Shown: piece after piece, positions 1 through 9,449 of the stretch | Layout: the number at the start of each line of letters is the position of its first letter | Position numbering within the stretch: the stretch's first letter is position 1 | Assembly: GCA_002347025.1 (NCBI GenBank) | Contig: DEAE01000032.1 | Coordinates: forward strand, 27,041-91,040 | Reading direction: 5' to 3' | DNA from: Acidobacteria bacterium UBA2990 | GTDB taxonomy: Bacteria; Acidobacteriota; Vicinamibacteria; Vicinamibacterales; UBA8438 | DNA length: 64,000 nt | Program-made: the position numbers and the translations under genes | The notes under the pieces: model-generated | The model's input: the letters and a program-made list of their open reading frames with translations, nothing else | Databases searched by the model: none | What the model was told of the DNA's origin: nothing

Positions 1-160
1 TGGTAAAAGGAGCGGGGCACTCAGTCATCAGGCTAAGCAAATTTTGAGTGGTGGTGGACTTGTTCAGGAAAGGGTCCCCGTAGCCTCTTGATCCTGCTAG
101 GGATAGTGATATCAAGGCTGTTACAAGACAGCTGGCTTGGGGTGTAGGCTGGCAGATGTG

Positions 161-505
161 ATGTCGTCTCTGACGAAGCTGTACGTTGCAGCGAACGCCG
201 TTGATGCACATATATTGAAACAGCTTCTAGAGCAGGAGGGAATTGCTGCCGTTGTAAGGGGCGATAACTTCGTTCCCCTGCAAGGGGGCAACTTGTTTAA
301 GATGGAGACTCGCCCATCAGTCTGGGTGTTTGACGACGGGCGTTTGCATCGAGCGAGAGAGTTAGCGGGTGAATACGGTCGAGGTTCTCCACAGTCTGAC
401 TGCATGACTACTGGTTGGCTGTGTCGGTGCGGGGAGGCCATAGAAGAACAGTTTACGGAGTGTTGGAACTGTGGCAGTTCCAAACCCAGTGGGCTGGCGA
501 GGTGA
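161..505 (+). CDS. small DUF2007-like protein with C-terminal Cys4 zinc-ribbon
   Basis: The ORF is 137..505. The ATG at 161 gives 'MSSLTKLYVAANAVDAHILKQLLEQEGIAAVVRG', a typical DUF2007-type N-terminus. The C-terminus reads 'WLCRCGEAIEEQFTECWNCG' (CxC...CxxC). Confidence 0.55.
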   Translation: MSSLTKLYVAANAVDAHILKQLLEQEGIAAVVRGDNFVPLQGGNLFKMETRPSVWVFDDGRLHRARELAGEYGRGSPQSDCMTTGWLCRCGEAIEEQFTECWNCGSSKPSGLAR

Positions 506-714
506 GACTTCTTGCCTGAGGTCAACTTTGAAGGGGAGTGCATTCGGTGGGCTTCTTGGTGGCAGGTGCTTTATTAAGGGTTGTTGATTGCGCTGATCAA
601 GGTGGCAAACAGGGTTTGGTTGCGGGTATGGTTGTTCTCAGAATAAGATGGCCCTTCGGCCACGGGTTTCGCTAGGCTTGTGACGCTGAGCGATGATGAA
701 AGGGGCAGTAGTCC

Positions 715-936
715 ATGGGTTTTTGTGAGCATTGTGAAGGTCAGCGGTTCGATCGGGCGCAGGTGCTTCGACAACTCAGGCAGACACGTGCGTGGTTGAG
801 AGATGAAGCTAACTCTAGCAGTGTGGACGAGGCGTTGCTCCTTGCGATACAAGCGGTTCGCTCGCTTGAGATTCCTCACCTCGAATCGATCGATGAACTG
901 ATGGGTGACATGAGCGAAGATCAGGTAATTCATTGA
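715..936 (+). CDS. hypothetical 73-aa protein with an N-terminal CxxC and a predicted helical body
   Basis: The ATG ORF begins 'MGFCEHCEGQRF...'. It is followed 15 nt later by a canonical intrinsic terminator on the same strand. The overlapping antisense ORF 574..1032 is S/T/L-rich and looks non-coding. Confidence 0.45.
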   Translation: MGFCEHCEGQRFDRAQVLRQLRQTRAWLRDEANSSSVDEALLLAIQAVRSLEIPHLESIDELMGDMSEDQVIH

Positions 937-951
937 TGTGAACGATGGTTC

Positions 952-981
952 ACTCTGGGTCATACCAGAGTCTGTTTTTTT
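952..981 (+). terminator. Rho-independent terminator
   Basis: Stem ACTCTGG (952-958) pairs with CCAGAGT (965-971) around a 6-nt loop. It is followed by CTG and then T7 (975-981). Confidence 0.6.
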
Positions 982-1134
982 GTGCTCCTTGGCCAATGCT
1001 GCTGTAGAGTCACCTAGTGGCTGCAACATCAATTGTTGAAGTTAGATGGTTGGCTTGCCAGTTCGTCTCTGTCTAGACAAGCTATAGAGATTTAATATTT
1101 TCGAGCTGGTTGATGGCTTAGGCGATCAGGTCGT

Positions 1135-1671
1135 ATGGTGAATCAAAATCGCTCTCTCTCTCCGCTGGACGATTTCTTACGTGTGTCTATTCACCAACTT
1201 CGCACACGCGTTCGGCGGATTGAGGTATGCCTTGATCAGCTGACGGACGATCAAGTCTGGGCCCGTCGTCATGAGGTAGAGAACGCCGTTGGCAACCTCG
1301 TAATCCATCTATGTGGCAACATCCGACAGTGGATTGTAGGCGGAATTGGTGGACAGTCTGTAAATCGCGATCGAGATGCCGAGTTTGCTCAGCGGGAACC
1401 GTTGTCGGCCTTTGAACTGACCAGTCGACTTCGTTCTGTGGCAAGAGAAGCCGAAGTGGTTTTGGAGCGCCTGACCGTCGCCGATTTGCCGAAATTACGA
1501 CGAATCCAAGGCTACGAGGTGACGGTGCTTCATGCGGTCTACCACGTTGTCGAGCATTTAGCTGAACACTGTGGTCAGGTGATCTGGGCAACCAAAGGCT
1601 TGACCGGCCGAGACCTTGGGTTTTACCGCTACCTGGAGGATGGTCGCCAAGAGCCAGGCCAGTTGCCTTAG
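1135..1671 (+). CDS. DinB-fold / DUF1572-like protein
   Basis: The sequence contains 'NAVGNLVIHLCGNIRQWI...NRDRDAEF...HVVEHLAEHCGQV', a His-triad four-helix pattern. It is a paralogue of 58072..58575. Confidence 0.7.
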   Translation: MVNQNRSLSPLDDFLRVSIHQLRTRVRRIEVCLDQLTDDQVWARRHEVENAVGNLVIHLCGNIRQWIVGGIGGQSVNRDRDAEFAQREPLSAFELTSRLRSVAREAEVVLERLTVADLPKLRRIQGYEVTVLHAVYHVVEHLAEHCGQVIWATKGLTGRDLGFYRYLEDGRQEPGQLP

Positions 1672-1774
1672 GCTTGCTATGATCGGAACCTGCCAGTCGC
1701 AGGGGCGAGCAAACAAGTTTCTGGGTGTGTCGGCTGGCATACAGACCGGTTCAAGAACAAGAAAGGAGCACCTC

Positions 1775-3124
1775 ATGACTAAAAGTTGGGTCTATCCAAT
1801 GGTGGTTTTGTCCGCTTGGCTGTCGGTATCTGTAGTTCTTGAAGCTCAGGGTGATGAGGATATTTTCCCTTTTCCAGTCAGTGTATTCGAGCTAGACAAC
1901 GGTTTGACGGTAGTCGGCGTGGATTACGACAGTCCTGGCATTGTTGCTTATTACACGGTTGTGCGTACTGGGTCTCGCAATGAAGTGGAACCAGGATTCT
2001 CCGGCTACGCCCATTTTTTTGAGCACATGATGTTTCGCGGGACCGAGACTTACTCGACCGAAGCCTATAACGAGGAGATTAAACGATTAGGTGCGGACTC
2101 TAATGCTTTTACGACCGACGATTGGACCGCCTATCACACGGTAGCTAGTGCGGATGCCCTTGAGACCATCATGGAACTGGAGTCCGATCGGTTCTTGAAT
2201 CTGAGTTACTCGGTTGATGATTATCGTACGGAAGCGGGCGCTATCTTAGGGGAATATAACCTCAATTTTTCGAATCCTGTTTCACTGCTCCGAGAGAAGG
2301 TGCGCGAACTGGCCTTTGTGTCGCACCCTTACGGCCATACGACTATCGGTCTTCTCGAAGACATTCAGGCAATGCCTGCACATTACGATTACAGTCTCGA
2401 GTTTTACAGTAGATATTACCGACCTGACAATTGTTTTGTCATTGTCGTAGGGGATTTTGATCCGACGGAACTTCAGCAATTGGCGGTTAGTTACTATGGC
2501 GCCTGGGAGCCTGGCGACTACGAGCCGAATATACCGGTTGAACCAAGGCAGACTGATGAGCGGGTGGCTAGGATAAGTTGGCCCAACTCAACACTTCCGC
2601 TTCTCATGCTAGCTTTCCATGTGCCGGCGTTTTCAGACCAAGCTATCGATATGCCAGCTCTCGACGTATTGTCGCAGTTGCTTTTCTCACAGAATGCGCC
2701 ACTTTACCAGCAGTTGTATTTGCGTGATCAAACCGTTGATGTGTTATCCGGTGGTGCTGTGGATCATCGTGACCCGCCTTTATTTGAGATCATTGCCCGC
2801 GTTACAAAGCCTGCACAGGTCGCTCTTGTGCAGGATGCCATTCTGACTGAGATTGAGCGATTCAAGACTGAACCTGTCGATGAAGAGGTGTTGGCTGATA
2901 CAAAGTCTGCCATGCGGTACTCTTTTGCTCGTGGGCTCGACAGTCCAGGGCCAATTGCGGAAACACTGGCTCACTATCTGCAATTGACTGGCGATATTGA
3001 GACAGTGAATCGGATTTATAGACTCTACGATCTGGTGACTGCCGATGATATCCGTCGTGTTGTTAATACCTATTTTTCGGCCGCCAATCGTACAGTTGTT
3101 CTGCTGACAGAGGTGGACCGGTAA
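1775..3124 (+). CDS. M16 family zinc peptidase, catalytic type (HxxEH)
   Basis: The ATG at 1775 follows GAAAGGAG and gives a signal-like N-terminus, 'MTKSWVYPMVVLSAWLSVSVVLEAQG'. The inverted zinc motif 'YAHFFEHMMFRGTE' is present. Confidence 0.85.
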   Translation: MTKSWVYPMVVLSAWLSVSVVLEAQGDEDIFPFPVSVFELDNGLTVVGVDYDSPGIVAYYTVVRTGSRNEVEPGFSGYAHFFEHMMFRGTETYSTEAYNEEIKRLGADSNAFTTDDWTAYHTVASADALETIMELESDRFLNLSYSVDDYRTEAGAILGEYNLNFSNPVSLLREKVRELAFVSHPYGHTTIGLLEDIQAMPAHYDYSLEFYSRYYRPDNCFVIVVGDFDPTELQQLAVSYYGAWEPGDYEPNIPVEPRQTDERVARISWPNSTLPLLMLAFHVPAFSDQAIDMPALDVLSQLLFSQNAPLYQQLYLRDQTVDVLSGGAVDHRDPPLFEIIARVTKPAQVALVQDAILTEIERFKTEPVDEEVLADTKSAMRYSFARGLDSPGPIAETLAHYLQLTGDIETVNRIYRLYDLVTADDIRRVVNTYFSAANRTVVLLTEVDR

Positions 3125-4644
3125 TGAGTAGACGAGTGATTCTGGTCTGTGCGGCTGTTGCTTTGGTATGGGGGTGTGTCGGGGATGTCGGTCAGGACAC
3201 AGCAACCCTCGGCTTGGCGGTTCCAGATTCCCCTTTGGTGACCTTGCGGGTCATGGTTGGGACTGGGTCTGTGGATGACCCCGTTGGAAAAAACGGTCTT
3301 AATGCCCTGACTGCCTTGATGATTGGGCGTGGCGGCACAAATTCGCTCAGCTATGAAGAGCTTACCAAAATCCTTTATCCCTGGGCAGCCTCTATCAATG
3401 TCCAGCATGATAAGGAGGTGACGACGATCATCGGAGAGGTTCATCGTGATCATCTTGAACCGTTCTACAAGATTTATAGAGACTTAATTGTCGCTCCCAG
3501 GTTTGACTTCGAGGACTTTCAAAGGAATAGAGAGTTCTTATCCAATGGGATTGTTTCTACTTTGCGCGGTAATAACGATGAGGAGCTTGGCAAGCAAGCC
3601 CTGAATGCATTCCTTTACGATGGGCATCCCTATGAAGCGACTGAAATGGGGACTGAGCGTGGGCTAGCTTCCATCTCACTCGAAGATGTACGTGATTTTC
3701 ATGTTCAGCAATACACTCGAAACAATCTACGTATCGGAGTTGCTGGAGGGTATCCTGACGGATTTCTCACTCAAATTAACAATGATTTGGTCGGTGCGTT
3801 GCCCCTCGCTATCGACACGTCCGGCAGCAGCGAGCTCCCTGAACCTAGAATTCTCGATGGTCTTGAATTAATACTCGTCGAGAAAGAAGCTATCGCGACG
3901 GCAATTTCCATCGGCTTTCCGATCGAGATTAACCGCGCAGATGACGATTTCTATGCCTTAATGATTGCCAACTCTTACTTGGGCGAGCATCGGACTTTCA
4001 ATGGGCGATTGATGATTCAGATGAGAGGACGGCGCGGTCTCAACTATGGAGACTATTCCTACATCGAGAACTTTATTCAGGATGGTGGCACAACGTTTCC
4101 CTTGCCAAACATTCCCCGGCGACAGCAGTTGTTTAGTATCTGGATCCGTCCAGTCCCCCATCACAACGCAGCTTTTGCTTTGCGGCAAGCGGTGTTTGAG
4201 CTGAGCCAATTGGTTGAGTCGGGATTGAACGAGCAAGACTTTGAGGCTACTAGGGACTACCTGATCAACTACTCGAAGCTTTACGTCCAGACGACTAGCC
4301 GGCGTCTCGGCTATGCGCTCGACTCTGTTTTTTATGGGACGGAGTTTTTTATTGATGAGATTCTGACTCGATTGTCTAGGTTGACGGTAGATGATGTGAA
4401 TGCTGCTATTCGACGGTATTTACAGGCTGAAAATCTTGCGGTGGCTATTGTGACTAGCGACGCGGAGGCATTATGGAACGAGCTAAGTTCTGGTGAACCG
4501 CCGAGTGTCAGCTACAACACCGAAGTAGGGGATCAACTATTAGCCGACGATCAGGCAATTAAGGCCCATCCGCTTGCTTTCAATCCAGACCGGATGAGAG
4601 TGGTGACGGTTGATGAAATGTTTGTGGACCTAGAAGGTCCTTAA
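3124..4644 (+). CDS. M16 family peptidase-like protein, non-catalytic partner (no HxxEH)
   Basis: The start overlaps the upstream stop (TAATG). It has M16-like length and layout, but the HxxEH position reads 'NALTALMIGRG'. The N-terminal signal 'VALVWGC' is a possible lipobox. Confidence 0.8.
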   Translation: MSRRVILVCAAVALVWGCVGDVGQDTATLGLAVPDSPLVTLRVMVGTGSVDDPVGKNGLNALTALMIGRGGTNSLSYEELTKILYPWAASINVQHDKEVTTIIGEVHRDHLEPFYKIYRDLIVAPRFDFEDFQRNREFLSNGIVSTLRGNNDEELGKQALNAFLYDGHPYEATEMGTERGLASISLEDVRDFHVQQYTRNNLRIGVAGGYPDGFLTQINNDLVGALPLAIDTSGSSELPEPRILDGLELILVEKEAIATAISIGFPIEINRADDDFYALMIANSYLGEHRTFNGRLMIQMRGRRGLNYGDYSYIENFIQDGGTTFPLPNIPRRQQLFSIWIRPVPHHNAAFALRQAVFELSQLVESGLNEQDFEATRDYLINYSKLYVQTTSRRLGYALDSVFYGTEFFIDEILTRLSRLTVDDVNAAIRRYLQAENLAVAIVTSDAEALWNELSSGEPPSVSYNTEVGDQLLADDQAIKAHPLAFNPDRMRVVTVDEMFVDLEGP

Positions 4645-4680
4645 GACAGGGGTCACCAATCTTGTGTTCGAATCCAATTT

Positions 4681-5571
4681 CTAAAGAGGTACCGGCTCGT
4701 TGGATACACCTTGGTCTGTGTTGGACTTCTTAGGTATGGTGATTCCTTCGTTGAGCGAACCTTGACGGTAGCCACGTGGGTCGAAGGTGACCGATTTGAA
4801 TCCGGCGTCTCGAAAACTGAGTAGAATTTGTTGCCGGATGTCTGGGCGTAGAAGCCTATCGATTTCTTTAGTTTCGACCTCTATTTGGGCTACCTCATGT
4901 TGGAAGCGAACACGGCATACTGGGAAGCCTAAGTTGCGCAGGGTCTGTTCGCAGCGGGCAACACGTTTGAGTCGATCTGGTGTGATTGTGATGCCATAGG
5001 GAAAACGGCTTGAGAGGCACGCTAATGCCGGTTTGTCCCAAATAGGGAGGCCTAATTGGCGCGCTGCTTGGCGGATGTCGGCCTTTCCGAAACCCAGTTC
5101 TTCTAGTGGTGATCGAACACCTTGTTCTTGGGCAGCTCGTCGACCTGGACGGTGGTCACCTCTGTCGTCGGCGTTGAAGCCGTCAACTACATGTGCTGTC
5201 CCGAGGCGCTTCGCTTCGGCAATAGCCACCCCGTAGACCTCCGTTTTGCAGAAATAACACCGATTGGTTGGATTGGCCGAATATCTGGCGTCGTCCAATT
5301 CAGTGGTCTCGATGATTCTGTGGGTGGCGCCAAGTTGTCTTGCTAGTTGCACCGCGGAAGTATGCTCCTCTGGTGCCAGACTGGGAGAGACAGCGGTGAG
5401 TGCAACGGCTCGGTCGCCAAGCTGCTGCACTGACTCAGCCAGCAGGTAGCCGGAGTCTACCCCCCCAGAGAAGCACACTACCACCCGTTTGAGACCAGTA
5501 AGCAGATCGCGCAGGGCGCAAATTTTAGCGTCGGTGCTGGTGACGTTCAAAGTCGGCATAGAATAGGGCAA
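4681..5571 (-). CDS. PP-loop ATP pyrophosphatase, LarE-like (sulfur transferase family)
   Basis: Motifs seen: 'VVCFSGGVDSGYL' (SGGxDS PP-loop), 'NRCYFCK', and 'ALACLSSRFPYG', which holds the conserved Cys of LarE-type enzymes. Confidence 0.75.
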   Translation of the reverse strand: MPYSMPTLNVTSTDAKICALRDLLTGLKRVVVCFSGGVDSGYLLAESVQQLGDRAVALTAVSPSLAPEEHTSAVQLARQLGATHRIIETTELDDARYSANPTNRCYFCKTEVYGVAIAEAKRLGTAHVVDGFNADDRGDHRPGRRAAQEQGVRSPLEELGFGKADIRQAARQLGLPIWDKPALACLSSRFPYGITITPDRLKRVARCEQTLRNLGFPVCRVRFQHEVAQIEVETKEIDRLLRPDIRQQILLSFRDAGFKSVTFDPRGYRQGSLNEGITIPKKSNTDQGVSNEPVPL

Positions 5572-5656
5572 GAGATGGCTCAGGCTACAATCTTGCCGAT
5601 GATCAGTATAGTCCCCCTCTTGACGGCTGGCGACGTATCATTCCAGAACATTCATT

Positions 5657-6373
5657 TTGACTGACTCCATCTCGACGCTACCGTTGTTGCTGGGCACTGC
5701 AGGTACGCTGGCGACACTCCATACACTCATCGGTGTTGATCATTCGATCCCGTTTATTGCTTTGAGTCGAGCTCGGGGCTGGTCCCTGCGTAGGACGCTC
5801 TGGGTAACAGCGGGATGTGGTCTCGTGCATGTTGCATCGTCTGTGCTGATTGGGCTTGTCGGGGTGGTTCTTGGGTTAGCGCTCGATAGGCTGTCTTGGC
5901 TGGAGTCAGCACGTGGTAACGTAGCCGCAACGTTACTGATCGGGTTTGGATTGGGCTATGCTGTGTGGGCTACTTGGAACCATCTCCGTGGGCGCAGCCA
6001 CAATCACATGCATGTTCATGCAGATGGGACTGCACACAGCCATTCCCATCAACATCGTGGTGAGCATCTGCACCCTCACGATTTTAAGCGCGGTGTCACT
6101 CCGTTAGCGCTTTTTGTGATATTTGCGTTCGGTCCGTGTGAGGCCTTGATTCCGCTGATGATGGTGCCGGCCTTGACTCAGGCTTGGTTCCAACTGGTCA
6201 GTGTTATTTGTGTTTTCGGGGTCTTGACCATAGGGACTATGCTGGTGACGGTGGCATTAGGAGTCCTGGGATTGAGTCGAGTCGATGTGGGAAGGGGTGA
6301 GCAGTACCTAGATGTAATGGCGGGCCTGGCTGTGGCCGCCAGTGGAGTGGCTGTCTTGGTTCTTGGTCTATGA
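5657..6373 (+). CDS. NicO/RcnA-like metal (Ni/Co) transporter with His-rich loop
   Basis: The protein has about six hydrophobic segments. Motifs are 'LHTLIGVDHSIPF' and 'FGPCEALIPLMM'. The central loop reads 'HLRGRSHNHMHVHADGTAHSHSHQHRGEHLHPHD'. The start codon is TTG. Confidence 0.6.
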   Translation: MTDSISTLPLLLGTAGTLATLHTLIGVDHSIPFIALSRARGWSLRRTLWVTAGCGLVHVASSVLIGLVGVVLGLALDRLSWLESARGNVAATLLIGFGLGYAVWATWNHLRGRSHNHMHVHADGTAHSHSHQHRGEHLHPHDFKRGVTPLALFVIFAFGPCEALIPLMMVPALTQAWFQLVSVICVFGVLTIGTMLVTVALGVLGLSRVDVGRGEQYLDVMAGLAVAASGVAVLVLGL

Positions 6374-6477
6374 TTTGTTCGCTTGGCCAAGATGAGGAAG
6401 AATTGGCCAGCTAGGTACACTTTATCAGACTAGACCCAATGGTATCAGGCCGACTCTGGTGAGGGTCGGAGTCTCTG

Positions 6478-6945
6478 TTGTCGGCTATAATGCTACCGTC
6501 TAATAGGCTTAATATGCCACGCGGTTGTAATCGAAGTTTTCAGTTCAGGCACTTTTCTGCTCAGGCTCAGTCTGGTGCTGAGGGCAATTCACCAAGTCGG
6601 TACACCTTGGAAGGCTTCGTTGCTCAGGTGTCGCGTGGTCAAGGAATCGATCTGGCCGAATTGGAGCCACTCACTTTTATCAGGATTCAGACACTCAATA
6701 CGGTCTATGAAGTCGTAGCGCTTGAGCCACAGGGCATGGCTATGCTGGTCAGAGGTGGTAGGCTATTTCCGGATTTGACCGAGGTAGGCTTCAGCGGTTC
6801 GAGCCTGGGAGGTAGCTGCTTGAAACCGGCTTGGATAGGTATTGGCTTAAATATGGAATTTCGTTGCGATCGTGGCACAGTGGTGACTTCTGGAGTTCGT
6901 TCAATACAGCTTCTTGATGGGGTGAGTCTTCTTGGTCCGCTCTAG
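6478..6945 (+). CDS. hypothetical protein
   Basis: This is the only long ORF in the gap. GGAG lies 6 nt upstream of the TTG start, and ATG 6514 is an alternative. I recognise no motif. Confidence 0.4.
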   Translation: MSAIMLPSNRLNMPRGCNRSFQFRHFSAQAQSGAEGNSPSRYTLEGFVAQVSRGQGIDLAELEPLTFIRIQTLNTVYEVVALEPQGMAMLVRGGRLFPDLTEVGFSGSSLGGSCLKPAWIGIGLNMEFRCDRGTVVTSGVRSIQLLDGVSLLGPL

Positions 6946-7017
6946 ACCGTAGCCCGGGTCCAGTCTCCGGTGAGATCTGGGTGTCTCTTCATAATCTTTA
7001 GTCGATAGTATCAATCG

Positions 7018-7968
7018 GTGATTGTTTATTTCGCGCTGATCGGATTAGCCCTCGCAGTCTTGGCTAAAGGCGGCGATTTGTTTGTTGATTCAAGTTTAGT
7101 CATTGGTCGCGTGCTGCGTGTGCCAAGGTTCGTTATTGGCGGGACGCTCGTGAGCTTGGCTACTACGATGCCTGAGCTGGTGGTTTCCACAGTGGCTAGT
7201 GCTGTTGGAGATTCCGGAATTGCTTTGGGAAATGCGGTCGGTTCTTGTATCTGCAATGTTGGCCTGATAGTTGGTATGGTTGCCTTCTTGAACCCGGTGC
7301 ATGTTGAAAGGCGAAGCCTTATAAAACGTGCAGCCTGGATGGTAGCAGCTGGTGTCCTAGTTGTAATTTTCACGTGGGACCGGACACTCGAACGCCCCTT
7401 GGCTGCAGTTCTTCTCGGATTAGCTTTCGCATATCTCATCTGGGATTTTCTGGCAATTAGACGACAGCGCGATGACGCCCCTGCGTTAGAGGGGCCCATT
7501 GAATTGAAACGGGCTATTGTGTTGTTTGGCTTAGGTTTGGTTTTGATTGTCGGAGGAAGCTGGTTGTTGGTCAAATATGGGCAGTTGCTTGCACTGTCGC
7601 TTGGACTCCCCTCGGTGATTATAGGCTTGTCGATCGTAGCGATTGGAACATCGCTCCCCGAGCTTGTCACTGGAGTTGCGGCAGCCCGTAAAGGGGTGCC
7701 AGACCTATCGCTCGGAAATATCCTAGGGGCCAATGTGCTTAACCTTTTTCTCATTGTGGGCTGGGCTGGATCGGTTTCACCCTTAACTCTCACTCGCTTT
7801 ACGCAGGTCTACTCCTACGGGTGGCTCGGAATTTTCTTTGCCGCCTTCATCGGCTTGGCTTTCCGGACGGGTAGTTTTTATAGGGGTGGAGGAGTCTTGC
7901 TGCTCTTCCTCTATGTCTTATACGTTACGGGGATGGCATTTTTTCCGGTGTTTGTTTCTGATTTCTGA
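7018..7968 (+). CDS. Ca2+/cation antiporter (CaCA, YrbG-like)
   Basis: Two alpha-repeats are present: 'LATTMPELVVS...GNAVGSCICNVGLIVG' and 'GTSLPELVTG...GNILGANVLNLFLIVG'. The start is GTG, bounded by an in-frame TAG 9 nt upstream. Confidence 0.85.
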   Translation: MIVYFALIGLALAVLAKGGDLFVDSSLVIGRVLRVPRFVIGGTLVSLATTMPELVVSTVASAVGDSGIALGNAVGSCICNVGLIVGMVAFLNPVHVERRSLIKRAAWMVAAGVLVVIFTWDRTLERPLAAVLLGLAFAYLIWDFLAIRRQRDDAPALEGPIELKRAIVLFGLGLVLIVGGSWLLVKYGQLLALSLGLPSVIIGLSIVAIGTSLPELVTGVAAARKGVPDLSLGNILGANVLNLFLIVGWAGSVSPLTLTRFTQVYSYGWLGIFFAAFIGLAFRTGSFYRGGGVLLLFLYVLYVTGMAFFPVFVSDF

Positions 7969-8136
7969 ATTGATTCGCGCTCTAGGTTGGGACTTGAGAA
8001 CGTGTTCATAGCGGGCTGTCTACCCCTTGCAACGCGGTTTCAGGTCTGTGGACGCTATTGCCCTTCGGACGGTTGATGAGCTTGGTGTTGCTGTGAGGTA
8101 GCGTCTACTTTGGGCACCGAAGCGGCAGAACCCAGT

Positions 8137-9297
8137 TCACGCTGACATGGTCGCTGGATCAGTTACGCACTTGACAATTTTTTTCACTACAGTATCGATC
8201 TCGTCCTCGGTTGTGTTCCGCCCAAGGCTGAACCGGACGGCACCCAACCCCTGGTCTGGGGGTAGACCCATGGCAGTTAGAACGGGCGATGCTGATGGGA
8301 GCCCTGCGTGGCAGGCCGATCCAGTAGATGCCGCTACGCTGGGTAATTGCGAAAGAAGTTTGTCTGCGATTAAGCCTTGGAAAGAAATGTTTAGAGTGTT
8401 GGGTAGACGTTCGGTCGGGTGTCCGTTTAGCTGCACACGGCCACCAAGATGATATTTCAGTCTCTGCCATAATCGGTCCCTAAGCTCCAACATGTGTCCG
8501 AAGCAGGGCTCAGTCACAGCTAGGTGACAGGCGGCCCCAAGGCCGACAGCGAGTAGTGCACTTTCCGTTCCGGCTCGTTGCCCCCTTTCATGGTTGCCGC
8601 CGTGAATAAGTGAGGTCAGGGTAACACCGCGCCGCACGAATAGGGCGCCTATGCCTTTTGGTGCGTAAAGTTTGTGGCCAGCGAGACTAAGCAGGTCGAC
8701 GCCAAGGCCATCAACGGTGCTTTGAATTTTTCCAACTGATTGGGCTGCATCTGTGTGGCAGAGAACGCCGTGTTCCCTCGCGATTCCGGCGATGGCGGCA
8801 ATTGGTTGAATAGTGCCCACTTCGTTGTTTGCATGCATCACGCTGATCAAAGCAGTGTCTGATCTGATCGCACGGCGGACATCGTCTGGATCGACAAGCC
8901 CATAGCTGTCCACGGGAATCTTGGTGATTGTTGCTCCTAGGGTTGCCATCATCCGGCAGGGCTCAGTGACTGCTGGATGTTCTGCGGTAGATATGATGAT
9001 GTGCGGAGGGGCAGCCGAACCCAAAAAGACACCCTTGATCGCTTGGTTGTTAGCTTCGCTGCCGCCACTTGTAAGGACAATCTCCTCTGTGTTGCATTCA
9101 AGCAAGGAAGCTATCTGACCGCGGGCTGTTTCGATACTGTCACGGGCCGGTCGTCCTGCCCAATGGCTGCTGGATGGGTTTCCGAAATGTTGGTTCAGGA
9201 ATGGTTGCATGGCGGCGGCAACCGATGGTGCGATTGGCGTGCTGGCGTTATAGTCGAGGTAAATAGGTGGCTCATGTTCCACAGTTGTGATCCCCAA
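8137..9297 (-). CDS. class V aminotransferase / cysteine desulfurase (NifS/IscS-like)
   Basis: Motifs seen: 'IYLDYNASTP', PLP-Lys 'SLAGHKLYAPKGIGAL', and the catalytic loop 'STGSACHAG'. Confidence 0.85.
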   Translation of the reverse strand: MGITTVEHEPPIYLDYNASTPIAPSVAAAMQPFLNQHFGNPSSSHWAGRPARDSIETARGQIASLLECNTEEIVLTSGGSEANNQAIKGVFLGSAAPPHIIISTAEHPAVTEPCRMMATLGATITKIPVDSYGLVDPDDVRRAIRSDTALISVMHANNEVGTIQPIAAIAGIAREHGVLCHTDAAQSVGKIQSTVDGLGVDLLSLAGHKLYAPKGIGALFVRRGVTLTSLIHGGNHERGQRAGTESALLAVGLGAACHLAVTEPCFGHMLELRDRLWQRLKYHLGGRVQLNGHPTERLPNTLNISFQGLIADKLLSQLPSVAASTGSACHAGLPSASPVLTAMGLPPDQGLGAVRFSLGRNTTEDEIDTVVKKIVKCVTDPATMSA

Positions 9298-9449
9298 GGA
9301 TTGCGGATGTCATCGATATGTGAAAACAACCCTTTCGTAATCGTTCGTAGCGACTCATGCGGCAGTGCTTTCCGTAGTTATTGTAGTGCCTGCAGTCTGT
9401 GAGGGAGTAGAGTGATCCTGCCTGTCGGAAGGTATAATTTGCAACGCTG

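Noticed and set aside
121-543. 140-aa minus-strand ORF covering the DUF2007-like gene
   Set aside because: It is fully antisense to a plus-strand ORF with a recognisable domain. Its S/P/C-rich composition is typical of shadow ORFs.
574-1032. 152-aa minus-strand ORF
   Set aside because: It overlaps the plus-strand 73-aa ORF, which is followed by a plus-strand terminator. The sequence is low-complexity with no motif.
7026-7793. 255-aa ORF antisense to the CaCA antiporter
   Set aside because: It is a shadow ORF inside a gene with clear alpha-repeat motifs, and its composition is Pro/Ser/Thr/Arg-rich.
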